Shown here one piece after another: positions 49,375 to 58,122 of a DNA stretch of 64,000 nucleotides. The DNA is from a bacterium. GTDB lineage: Bacteria; Patescibacteriota; Minisyncoccia; Phycocordibacterales; JAUSHB01. Position 1 is the first letter of the stretch. Each line of letters starts with the position of its first letter. The translations under genes were made by a program, and so were the position numbers. A model generated the notes under the pieces. It was not told where the DNA came from, searched no databases, and saw nothing but the letters and a program-made list of their open reading frames with translations. The stretch covers positions 13,556 to 77,555 of the forward strand of contig JAUSHB010000010.1 of the NCBI GenBank assembly GCA_030648955.1, read 5' to 3'.

Positions 49375-51801
49375 CTATATAACAATACTCACGAGTTTCC
49401 CTTTCACATAGATTACTTTTTTGATATCCTTCCCTTCTGTCCACTTTCGCACGCTCTCCTCGGTTAATGCATGCGCCCTTGCGTCATCCTCGGAAATTCC
49501 CGTGGGGGTAATAAAACTTCCCCGTACCTTGCCGTTAACTTGAATCATGATCGTCACCGATTTTTCTCGTATTTTCGCCTCATCCCACTTGGGCCACGGT
49601 TCAATGTGGATCGACTTCTTGTGCCCTAGTGTCTCCCAAAGCTCTTCGGTCACATGGGGCGCGAATGGAGCAAGAAGGAGGAGGAGTGTCCCAAACTGAT
49701 TTTTCGAAGGCTTCGCTTTCTCTATGCCATTAATAAAAATCATGAGTGCTGAAACTGCCGTATTGAGACTGAATAATTCAATATCTTCTGTGATTTTTTT
49801 TATTGTTTTATGGGTAAGCGCTTCAAGGGTGACATCATCAACAAGAGCAAGTTTCTCTGTAAGCCGCCAGACTTTTTCCAAAAATCTCCGCGGTCCGATA
49901 ATGCTTTCCGTGCTCCATGAGACAGATTGGTTGAACGGCCCCATGAACATCTCGTACAAACGAAGCGTATCGGCGCCATAGGTCGCCACGATATCATCCG
50001 GGTTCACCACATTGCCATAGCGTTTACTCATTTTACGTCCGTCTTCCGCCTGAATGATTCCCACATTTTGAAGACGTGAAAATGGTTCCACATAGTTCAC
50101 TGCTCCAGTATCATAAAGAAACTTATGCCAAAAGCGCGCGTAGATAAGATGGCGTGTCGCGTGCTCCGCTCCGCCGACATACATATCAACCGGCGACCAG
50201 TATTTTTCTTTTTTCTTGTCAACAAGCGCTTTTTTATTTTTCGGATCGACATAGCGAAGGTAATACCACGAAGACCCTGCCCATTGCGGCATCGTGTTTG
50301 TCTCTCGCTTCGCGGGACCTTTACATGTGGGACATTTTACGTTGACCCATTTAGAAATCCCCGCAAGTGGTGATTCCCCTGTTCCCGTTGGTTCGTATGA
50401 TTTAACATTAGGAAGCTTAACAGGAAGATCTTTTTCTGGAACTGCAACAACACCACATTTCTTGCAGTGAATAAGCGGAATCGGCTCGCCCCAATAGCGC
50501 TGACGAGAGAATACCCAGTCTTTTAACTTATATTGGGTATTTCTTACTCCCCACTTATGACTTTCTATATAATTTGCAATATCGCTCCTTGCTTCATCTG
50601 GTCTTCTGCCTTTAAATTCTTTTGGTTCAAGAATAATTGAATGTTTAAAATCAGAAAAACAAATCTCATAATTCTCTACTTTACTTTGTAGTGTTTCGTC
50701 GTCAGGAAGCAGTACTGTTATAAGATTGATTCCATACTTCTTTGCAAAAGCAAAATCACGATTATCATGCGCGGAACATTTTACAATACCTGTGCCATAA
50801 TCGGCTAAAGCATAACTACTCACCCAAAGAGGAAGGTCTCGTTTGGTTATAGGGTCCTCAAGATAAACACCCGTAAAAACACCTTCGCATATTTCGTCTG
50901 TCTTAAAACCAGCACTACTGCGAAGTGCTGTAATTTTTTCTGCATTTTCAATAATTTCATTTTTTTCAGGAATATCTGATAGAAGTTCGGGTAAAAGTTT
51001 ATGATCAGAGGCAATTACAGCAAAAGTATCTGCAAAAAAAGCTTCGTAGTGAGTCGAATATGTTTCTATGTATTTATCTTTCCCTTTTACTTTAAGTTTA
51101 TATTTAACGCCATAATTTCTTCCGATCCAATTGCGTTGAGACTCTTTGATCGATTCCGGCCAGTTAAGCATGTCTAGGTCTTTGAGCAAGCGGTCAGCAT
51201 ATTTAGTGATGCGAAGCACCCACTGTCGCACAGGTTTTTTCTCCACGACCGTGCCGCATCGCTCACACCGATCTCCCTCAAGATCTTCATTGGCAAGGCC
51301 TGTCTGACACGATGGACACCAATTGATCGGCTCGTGCGATTCATACGCAAGCCCTTTTTTGAACATCTGTAAAAATGTCCACTGTGTCCATCGATAATAT
51401 TCCGAGTCAGTGGTATTGATCTCTCGTTCCCAATCGTAACTAAATCCAATGATAGAAAGCTGCTCTTTGTAGCGTTTGGTATTTTTTAAAACGGCCACGC
51501 GAGGGTGAGTCTTGGTTTTGATCGCGTATTGTTCCGCGGGAAGTCCGAATGCATCCCAACCCATTGGATGCAACACGCTAAAATTGTTCATTCTTTTGAA
51601 CCGCGCGTAGATATCCGTTGCGATATATCCCTTGGGATGCCCAACATGAAGACCTTCGCCTGATGGATATGGAAACATGTCAAGAACATAACACTTTTTC
51701 TTTTTTGTGTCCGTGCGTGTTTTATAGAGTTTCTTTTTTGCCCACTCCTTTTGCCACTTTTTCTCAATCTTTTTGTGGTCGTATGATTTATTTTTCTTCA
51801 T
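49375..51801 (-). CDS. leuS: Leucine--tRNA ligase with atypical CP1 domain
   Basis: MFPYPSG.GLHVGH, SRQRYWG, GGAEHA and KMSK. Confidence 0.98.
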   Translation of the reverse strand: MKKNKSYDHKKIEKKWQKEWAKKKLYKTRTDTKKKKCYVLDMFPYPSGEGLHVGHPKGYIATDIYARFKRMNNFSVLHPMGWDAFGLPAEQYAIKTKTHPRVAVLKNTKRYKEQLSIIGFSYDWEREINTTDSEYYRWTQWTFLQMFKKGLAYESHEPINWCPSCQTGLANEDLEGDRCERCGTVVEKKPVRQWVLRITKYADRLLKDLDMLNWPESIKESQRNWIGRNYGVKYKLKVKGKDKYIETYSTHYEAFFADTFAVIASDHKLLPELLSDIPEKNEIIENAEKITALRSSAGFKTDEICEGVFTGVYLEDPITKRDLPLWVSSYALADYGTGIVKCSAHDNRDFAFAKKYGINLITVLLPDDETLQSKVENYEICFSDFKHSIILEPKEFKGRRPDEARSDIANYIESHKWGVRNTQYKLKDWVFSRQRYWGEPIPLIHCKKCGVVAVPEKDLPVKLPNVKSYEPTGTGESPLAGISKWVNVKCPTCKGPAKRETNTMPQWAGSSWYYLRYVDPKNKKALVDKKKEKYWSPVDMYVGGAEHATRHLIYARFWHKFLYDTGAVNYVEPFSRLQNVGIIQAEDGRKMSKRYGNVVNPDDIVATYGADTLRLYEMFMGPFNQSVSWSTESIIGPRRFLEKVWRLTEKLALVDDVTLEALTHKTIKKITEDIELFSLNTAVSALMIFINGIEKAKPSKNQFGTLLLLLAPFAPHVTEELWETLGHKKSIHIEPWPKWDEAKIREKSVTIMIQVNGKVRGSFITPTGISEDDARAHALTEESVRKWTEGKDIKKVIYVKGKLVSIVI

Positions 51802-51826
51802 AATATATATGACCCATTCTAACGAA

Positions 51827-51860
51827 AAAGCGCGACGTGCACAATGTGCACGTCGCGCTT
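51827..51860 (-). terminator. Hairpin terminator
   Basis: aaagcgcgacgtgcac...gtgcacgtcgcgcttt. Confidence 0.75.
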
Positions 51861-51873
51861 TAAAACAAAAAGA

Positions 51874-52839
51874 TTACTTTTTTTTCAGTGATGGGTAGAG
51901 TTCGGGGTCAATCGTACGGTCAAAGCATGTTTTCCCAACACCGTGTTGCCAATTTTCATCAAGGCCATTCCCGTATCCCTTGGCTGGAATTGGCATAGGA
52001 ACCGGGCGAGAAGTTTCGTAAGACACTTGACCGCCTTGGTTTGAGGCGCCAAAGGTAGCACAGAGTTTAAATGCATTCTTCCCCGTAGTTTCATATCCAT
52101 ACGCCTCCCCAGAAACAGGGTCCGTCGGAACAATAAACCCACCGATGGGATCATGAAGTTGATCGAGTGTCTCTGGTAATTTCTCTTTTTGCTGCCAGTA
52201 ATTAACAATTTGCCATTGGATACTGCTCAGTGCTTGGACTCGTTGATCATCAAGCCGAACCAGACGTTGTGCTTGGGGGGATCCCATCACCATAAAACCA
52301 ACAACAATTGAGACAAGGATGAACAATGTGGATCCCCAAACAAAATACCTACGACCCTTTTCTTGAGTAAACTTCCCATGAATATCTGACATGTAATACC
52401 CAAAAATAGAACCAATCACTGCCAGCACGACGAGTACTTTGAGAATAAAGCGCGTAGTAATTTCTCCCCCGAGAAATGTATTGATGAGCACGATAAGATC
52501 TACCGCGATAATTACACTTGCGATAAATAAGGTGAGGAACGTGAGCCATTTACGAACCGAGAGTTCCTTTTTCTCTGGGTTTTTTTCAATATCACGATTG
52601 AGGATCCATGAAAACAAAATATGGAGCGGGAAAATAATAACAAGTGAAGCAATAGTCCATCGAATGGTTGAAGAATATGGATCGATATACATCTGCAACG
52701 GATCAGGGAACACGCGATTAATTACCTCAAATAAGAGGTTGAGGATACTCACCACACTCACATACAGTGTTGCAATCACGGCGAGATTAAGAAAAAAATC
52801 TTTAGGAGTTGTTTTTGGTTTTTGTATTGGTGTTTCCAT
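51874..52839 (-). CDS. DUF5671-like membrane protein
   Basis: PKDFFL...RKWL..LTLF...GSP..QR..R.D..R and LCATF motifs. Confidence 0.75.
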   Translation of the reverse strand: METPIQKPKTTPKDFFLNLAVIATLYVSVVSILNLLFEVINRVFPDPLQMYIDPYSSTIRWTIASLVIIFPLHILFSWILNRDIEKNPEKKELSVRKWLTFLTLFIASVIIAVDLIVLINTFLGGEITTRFILKVLVVLAVIGSIFGYYMSDIHGKFTQEKGRRYFVWGSTLFILVSIVVGFMVMGSPQAQRLVRLDDQRVQALSSIQWQIVNYWQQKEKLPETLDQLHDPIGGFIVPTDPVSGEAYGYETTGKNAFKLCATFGASNQGGQVSYETSRPVPMPIPAKGYGNGLDENWQHGVGKTCFDRTIDPELYPSLKKK

Positions 52840-52859
52840 AATTAAGAATTATACAAAAA

Positions 52860-52887
52860 TTAAGCCCCCATGTCCATGGGGGCTTAA
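52860..52887 (-). terminator. Intrinsic terminator
   Basis: ttaagcccccatg-tc-catgggggcttaa. Confidence 0.8.
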
Positions 52888-52898
52888 CGCAATAGTTA

Positions 52899-53405
52899 TT
52901 AATCCTGTGATAATGTTTTTGCGATACGTTTGGAGGTTCTCTCCCTACTGTGAGACCTCGCCTGTTCTAAAGCAGATATTGCTTTCGAGGCAAGATAGCC
53001 ATCCTCGTTGAAAAAACCTTGCTCAACAAGTAATGGATCAATTTTACCCCCATAACGTAGCGGATCTTCCATAAAGTCACTTACAGTAAAACAAAATGAT
53101 AATGTGACTTTTCGAGGACACGTCGAGACATATTTTCCATAATCTCGATACGCACATGCCCGATCATGATTATCATAATTACTTTCAAGAAATGATGAGA
53201 GTCGTACATCGATGAATCGAGATTCATCGCTTGAAAAATACTTACGCCCCTTTGGTGTTAAATGTCCTTTCTTATTTGAAAGCCCTTTTTGTAAAAGTGC
53301 TTTCAAAATTTCGGGTTCATTCCCAGTATAGCGATTGGGATCAAGGTTAAGATCTTTATCAGGAAATGTCAGTATAACGTCAAATTCCACTGTATCTGGT
53401 GGCAT
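52899..53405 (-). CDS. Hypothetical protein
   Basis: GAGGTG SD; two L...G..N..G.L repeats. Confidence 0.7.
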   Translation of the reverse strand: MPPDTVEFDVILTFPDKDLNLDPNRYTGNEPEILKALLQKGLSNKKGHLTPKGRKYFSSDESRFIDVRLSSFLESNYDNHDRACAYRDYGKYVSTCPRKVTLSFCFTVSDFMEDPLRYGGKIDPLLVEQGFFNEDGYLASKAISALEQARSHSRERTSKRIAKTLSQD

Positions 53406-53562
53406 GATGATTCACCTCGCTCGTAAATTGAGTTTTGAAGAACTAAACTACTATCGAAAACTTACCATAAGAATTACTGGTGAGCAAGGTTAGTGTATGT
53501 AATACACTAAAATTCAATCAACTTTCAGATTATATAGGGTAATCCTATATAATTCAAGATTC

Positions 53563-54663
53563 TTAGATCTTAAATTCTACCACATCGCCATCTTTAACAA
53601 CATATTCCTTCCCTTCCGTCCGTACAAGCCCTTTTTCGCGAGCTTTTGCGTAGGAACCGACGCCTAAAAGGTCTTGCCAAAATATGACTTCTGCGCGGAT
53701 AAACTTGTCCTTAAAATCATTATGAATCGCGGTTCCAGCAACGGGCGCTGTGGAATCCTTTTTGATCGTCCATCCGCGTGTTTCATCTTCTCCTGTCGTG
53801 AAGTATGTGATGAGTCCCAACATCTCATATCCTTTTTTAATAAGCTCGTTAATTCCCGAACCGTCCTTGACACCCAATTCTTTTTTAAACTCCTCGCGTT
53901 CCATGCCAGTAATCCCCGAGAGTTCTTGTTCAACTTTTGCGTCAATCACTACCCATGAGGCGTTCATCCCGTTGAGAAAATCAGTAAGTTTTTTGAATCG
54001 CTCGTCTTGCATCTCATCAAGATTTTTCCCGCCAGCTTTTTTATTGAGTGCGTAAAGAATTGGCTTCGTGGTAAGAAAGTTGAGGCTTTTGACGGCATTT
54101 TTTTCATCATCAGTAAGAATTGCGGATGACGCGAGCTTGCCTTCTGTTAATACTTTGTCCAGTTTTTCCAAAACCGCCTTTTCGGCGACTGCAACTTTGT
54201 CTCCCCGCTTTGCATCCTTTTCAACACTCCCGAGTCGTTTGGTAACGGTCTGTAAATCTGCAAGAACAAGTTCGAGATTGATCACTTCGATATCATCCAC
54301 AGGGTCTACACGGTTGCTTACATGAATCACGTTATCGTCTTCAAAAATCCGCACAACCTCAAGTATCGCGTCCGTCTCGCGAATGTTCGTAAGAAATTTA
54401 TTTCCCAACCCCTCGCCTTCAGAAGCGCCTTTCACGAGTCCTGCAATATCCACAAACTCAACTGCCGCCGGAACTGTTTTTGCGGATTGTGAAAATTCAG
54501 ATAATTTTCCAAGACGCTCATCGGGTACACCAACAACACCTACCGACGGATCGATGGTGCAGAATGGATAGTTCTCCGCGGGAACGGATTTTTCCGTCAA
54601 CGCGTTAAATAGTGTAGACTTTCCGACATTCGGTAAACCAACAATTCCTATAGATAACGACAT
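53563..54663 (-). CDS. ychF: Redox-regulated ATPase YchF
   Basis: GLPNVGKST, NYPFCTI, DIAGLV and GLGNKFL. Confidence 0.98.
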   Translation of the reverse strand: MSLSIGIVGLPNVGKSTLFNALTEKSVPAENYPFCTIDPSVGVVGVPDERLGKLSEFSQSAKTVPAAVEFVDIAGLVKGASEGEGLGNKFLTNIRETDAILEVVRIFEDDNVIHVSNRVDPVDDIEVINLELVLADLQTVTKRLGSVEKDAKRGDKVAVAEKAVLEKLDKVLTEGKLASSAILTDDEKNAVKSLNFLTTKPILYALNKKAGGKNLDEMQDERFKKLTDFLNGMNASWVVIDAKVEQELSGITGMEREEFKKELGVKDGSGINELIKKGYEMLGLITYFTTGEDETRGWTIKKDSTAPVAGTAIHNDFKDKFIRAEVIFWQDLLGVGSYAKAREKGLVRTEGKEYVVKDGDVVEFKI

Positions 54664-54703
54664 AATAAATGCGATGAAATAAAGTATTAGATTACCACTA
54701 CTC

Positions 54704-54736
54704 GCCCCGTAGTCAGCTTTGCTGTACTACTGGGGC
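54704..54736. repeat. GC-rich palindromic element
   Basis: gccccgtagtcagc-ttt-gctgtactactggggc. Confidence 0.7.
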
Positions 54737-54776
54737 CCACATTGGGAAGCCCTACGATGCCGATAGATAAAGACAT
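54736..54776 (-). pseudogene. Second, synonymously diverged 5' end of ychF
   Basis: ATG TCT TTA TCT ATC GGC ATC GTA GGG CTT CCC AAT GTG GG = MSLSIGIVGLPNVG. Confidence 0.9.
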
Positions 54777-54826
54777 GAGTGATTATGATTATGGCGACAC
54801 GAAATAACTAGTTTACCACAACACTA

Positions 54827-54854
54827 ACCCCCGTGCCATAAAAAGCACGGGGGT
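54827..54854 (-). terminator. Intrinsic terminator
   Basis: acccccgtgc...gcacgggggt. Confidence 0.75.
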
Positions 54855-54873
54855 AAAACAAGTACCTATTACT

Positions 54874-55089
54874 TCACTGAAAATCGATTGCTCGATATGG
54901 GCAACATGAGTCACTGGCATTATGCCCCACATTGCCACACACGGAACAAAATTCGACCTTATTGGAAGAGGGCTTCTTCTCTATTTCCCCTCCTTGAACT
55001 TCCCCTACGCCTGCATGAAATACTCCCTCTGCGAAGAAAATTGATGCTGTTGTGTTGCCATTTTGCACAATACTCCGTTGTGTACTCAT
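54874..55089 (-). CDS. Small protein with zinc-knuckle-like C-terminus
   Basis: GGGAGG SD; CSVCGNVGH....CCP; own terminator. Confidence 0.6.
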   Translation of the reverse strand: MSTQRSIVQNGNTTASIFFAEGVFHAGVGEVQGGEIEKKPSSNKVEFCSVCGNVGHNASDSCCPYRAIDFQ

Positions 55090-55125
55090 ATGAATATCCT
55101 CCCAGTTGACAAGTTACGACGAGAA

Positions 55126-55155
55126 AAATGTACTGAAATGTACTGAAATGTACTG
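55126..55155. repeat. 10-bp tandem repeat x3
   Basis: (aaatgtactg)x3 in the leader of 54874..55089. Confidence 0.85.
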
Positions 55156-55240
55156 TGACTGTTCCCAATCATACAGATACCTTCGTGATAAGAACATGAA
55201 GACACCGAGAACGCCCTTACATTTTTAACTCAAGTTTACG

Positions 55241-55825
55241 TTATATCCCTTTGCGTCCAAAATCGCGAATTTTTTCAATAACAGCTTTTTTCTTTGCATC
55301 GCTCATGCGCGGCAACGGACCAATCGTCGTAAGCCACACAGGGCGAACACCGCAGAACATTAGAATTGCGCGGCGAAGTTCATTGGTGAAATCACCAAAG
55401 AGCATGCGCGTATGAAACGGGTTTGTGTCCATTGTGATGACCACGCGACCACTTTTACCGCGCAAGAGACCATCCCATCCAAAATCAACCTTATGAAACT
55501 TAAAAGAAAATCCGGGAATAAATGCCCGATCAAAAAACCCCTTGAGAAGCGCGGGCATTGTTCCCCACCAGTTAGGGTAGATAACGACAATATGATCAGC
55601 CCATTTAATATCCTCTTGCGCTTTCAAGAGGTCGGGTTCGAGCGCCTGAATCACCTTGTATCCCTTGTGTAAAATCGGATCAAACACAAGATCACCGATA
55701 TTAGTACGCCTGACTTCATGCCCTGCACTTTTAGCACCCTCTTCATAGGCGGATGCAAGGGCTCCCGACATGGTCTCTTTGTCAGGATGACCAACAAGAA
55801 GATAGATTTTTTTTGCCATAATCAA
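55241..55825 (-). CDS. Flavodoxin-fold NAD(P)H quinone oxidoreductase
   Basis: GHP; WADHIV..YP.WW..PALLKGFFDR. Confidence 0.92.
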   Translation of the reverse strand: MIMAKKIYLLVGHPDKETMSGALASAYEEGAKSAGHEVRRTNIGDLVFDPILHKGYKVIQALEPDLLKAQEDIKWADHIVVIYPNWWGTMPALLKGFFDRAFIPGFSFKFHKVDFGWDGLLRGKSGRVVITMDTNPFHTRMLFGDFTNELRRAILMFCGVRPVWLTTIGPLPRMSDAKKKAVIEKIRDFGRKGI

Positions 55826-55895
55826 TTTTTAATGAGTGATACGATAATCGTAGCAAAACTAAAGGTTTTTGCAAATGATATCGAGGAACAACTAA

Positions 55896-56219
55896 TTAGT
55901 GTTTGAAAAATTCATACGTAAAAAATAGGAAAAGCGTGAGCGCGCCGAAAATTAAAGTCCACGCAAGAGCGCGCATGAAGCGGGTGGTACTATCGCTTGT
56001 ATCTATTTTTTTTATAAAAAAATATCCAGAAGTGACCGCAACAAAAAAAATAGTCGCCCATATTCCTTTCCCCACCCAATGGTGGTAATGCGCGTCCTTG
56101 AGAAGTTTTTTAAGCGGTGCATATAGATCGGCGACAATAGTAAGCACGACAATGAAAATTACCGCGGAGATCGCTCCAATAATACATGCGTTTACCAGCT
56201 TTGTTTTTGAAATTTCCAT
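55896..56219 (-). CDS. 3-TM membrane protein
   Basis: HHWVGKG motif; operon spacing. Confidence 0.7.
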   Translation of the reverse strand: MEISKTKLVNACIIGAISAVIFIVVLTIVADLYAPLKKLLKDAHYHHWVGKGIWATIFFVAVTSGYFFIKKIDTSDSTTRFMRALAWTLIFGALTLFLFFTYEFFKH

Positions 56220-56225
56220 ATATTT

Positions 56226-56684
56226 TTAGCGCACAGCGCCCGATATGATAATGCCGGCTAGTGCGATTAAAAGTCCTAATACAGTTATCGATCCAGCAAG
56301 AAATACGGCCCCTTTTCGTAACCCCTCATTCTGTGATAAATCTTGATTCATTTTCCATATAACGATCAGCAAAGCAAGGGCTGCAAAAGGAAGGAAGAGA
56401 AAAATATGTTCCTTTGCTTCCGTAAAAATTTTGTGCGCCCACGGATACGCTCCGGCAACAATTTTTGGCTTTTGAATATCTCCATAATACACAACGTAAT
56501 AGTAACCCCCTGAAAACCATGAGAAAAGATACGAGAAAAAAGAGATAAGCGAGGATTTCTTGAGGAAGGATACGGATGGAGATTTTTTGATAAGTTCCAA
56601 CCATACCGCATAGGACGCGGCAACAGCTATGATTCCAAGAATCACATGGGCGATCAAGGAAAATGTTAGTAGTGGGGTAATCAT
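56226..56684 (-). CDS. 4-TM membrane protein
   Basis: GYYYV..YG; PWAH.IF.E.KEH.F motif; overlaps upstream stop. Confidence 0.75.
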   Translation of the reverse strand: MITPLLTFSLIAHVILGIIAVAASYAVWLELIKKSPSVSFLKKSSLISFFSYLFSWFSGGYYYVVYYGDIQKPKIVAGAYPWAHKIFTEAKEHIFLFLPFAALALLIVIWKMNQDLSQNEGLRKGAVFLAGSITVLGLLIALAGIIISGAVR

Positions 56685-57184
56685 GCTTTTGCGCTAGAGG
56701 ATTTTCTAATAAGATCCAGAATGATACTTCCCGCAATAACTGCGATCGTATAGTATAGCATCACCTCAAAATATGAATATGACTTCGCATTGGTAAGAAA
56801 AACTCCAACAATCAGAGCTCCATACCATGATACAAAAGAAAATGCACTTCCCCAATAGAGAGAAATTTTATGCGCCTGAAGGAGGAGCGCATTAGCGGCA
56901 ATAACAATGACAATAGTGAGTTTTGCCCAGAGAAGTGGATTATAAAGTTTGAATGCCTGCCCGTTCAGCTGATAGTAAAGAAGAAACCCGAAACCAGAAA
57001 GAAGGGCGAGGATGAGACCCACTCGCACTACTGTGAATGTTGTTTTAAGAAAATCACCTTCTACAGGGTCTACATGACCATCTCTAAGTGATTTGGTAAG
57101 AAAGATTTCAATAAACGTTGCCCCGCCTACACCGAGAACGGTTCCAATGAGATGAACGATGACGAGAAATATATAAATGTCCAT
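56681..57184 (-). CDS. Membrane protein
   Basis: H.IG..LGVGGAT; S.VSWY. Confidence 0.75.
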   Translation of the reverse strand: MDIYIFLVIVHLIGTVLGVGGATFIEIFLTKSLRDGHVDPVEGDFLKTTFTVVRVGLILALLSGFGFLLYYQLNGQAFKLYNPLLWAKLTIVIVIAANALLLQAHKISLYWGSAFSFVSWYGALIVGVFLTNAKSYSYFEVMLYYTIAVIAGSIILDLIRKSSSAKA

Positions 57185-57316
57185 GTTATAAAATCAAAGT
57201 TTAAAAATCAAAGTGCAAAATGGCATTGTAAAATTTAAAATTTTAGAGACCTTTCCCTTTTATTTTGCATTTTTAATTGTCATTTTTAATTTTGATATTT
57301 ACATTTTACATTTTTC

Positions 57317-57523
57317 TTACGTCGCCGTATATCCAAGTTCCGCAATCGACTTAATAATAGCATCTTTAGTCACTTTTGCCGAGTCAAACTCTACCTCTCC
57401 TTTCTTTTTATCGTAATCGACAAAGATAGATTTAACGCCATCCATCCCGGATACAAGCATTTGTATGCCAGTCGCGCATGCCCCGCAGTGCATTCCTCCT
57501 ATATCAAGTGTTATTTTTTCCAT
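57317..57523 (-). CDS. HMA-domain copper chaperone (CopZ-like)
   Basis: GMHCGAC...LGY. Confidence 0.9.
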   Translation of the reverse strand: MEKITLDIGGMHCGACATGIQMLVSGMDGVKSIFVDYDKKKGEVEFDSAKVTKDAIIKSIAELGYTAT

Positions 57524-57532
57524 AGTGTTTTT

Positions 57533-57697
57533 TTAATCAAAAGGGTTGTAATCACATAATCTTACATCTCCCTGCCAACAATTACCAAAATACTCGAGAG
57601 AATTAATTCTTTTACCTCCAAATAAACTGTCATGTTGCCACACCGGCAATAAACTAAGGACGAGGATACTTATTACAATTACGACACCGGACTTCAT
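57533..57697 (-). CDS. Small secreted/membrane peptide (54 aa; not in ORF track)
   Basis: MKSGVVIVISILVLSLLPVWQHDS...CWQGDVRLCDYNPFD*. Confidence 0.45.
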   Translation of the reverse strand: MKSGVVIVISILVLSLLPVWQHDSLFGGKRINSLEYFGNCWQGDVRLCDYNPFD

Positions 57698-57728
57698 GCC
57701 CAACACTATATCACTTCTCTATACTACG

Positions 57729-57752
57729 CTCAATCGGCGGGACATAACGCTT
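57729..57752. repeat. 24-bp direct repeat of the copA 3' end (58138..58161)
   Basis: ctcaatcggcgggacataacgctt, exact match. Confidence 0.92.
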
Positions 57753-57760
57753 TTATATTT

Positions 57761-58084
57761 TTAAAAAATGATTATATGACCAAGCCAAATAAGAATAAAA
57801 AAGATATTAATAGAAAACGCAATAAAGCTAGCGATGACAAGCAAGGCATTAGGAGCATGTTCTCCTTTTTCTTGCTTTTCTTTTAAGGACTGCTGGCTAA
57901 ACATTGAAAGAATACCCACCGAAAAAGTAACAAAAATGATTACAACACTAATAGAAATTATTCCTACCCCGGAACATATATGATATTTGTAATTAATCAC
58001 CTCACAAAATGCCACCATAAAACCGAGAATAATCGATGTAATTACCACAAGGTGGTTTATATCTATATTTATTTTTTTCATCAT
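57761..58084 (-). CDS. AT-rich 3-TM hypothetical protein (inserted)
   Basis: Lies between the two 24-bp repeats. Confidence 0.65.
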   Translation of the reverse strand: MMKKINIDINHLVVITSIILGFMVAFCEVINYKYHICSGVGIISISVVIIFVTFSVGILSMFSQQSLKEKQEKGEHAPNALLVIASFIAFSINIFFILIWLGHIIIF

Positions 58085-58122
58085 AAAGTTTAATCGCGTT
58101 AGATGTTATAGAATTTGAATAA

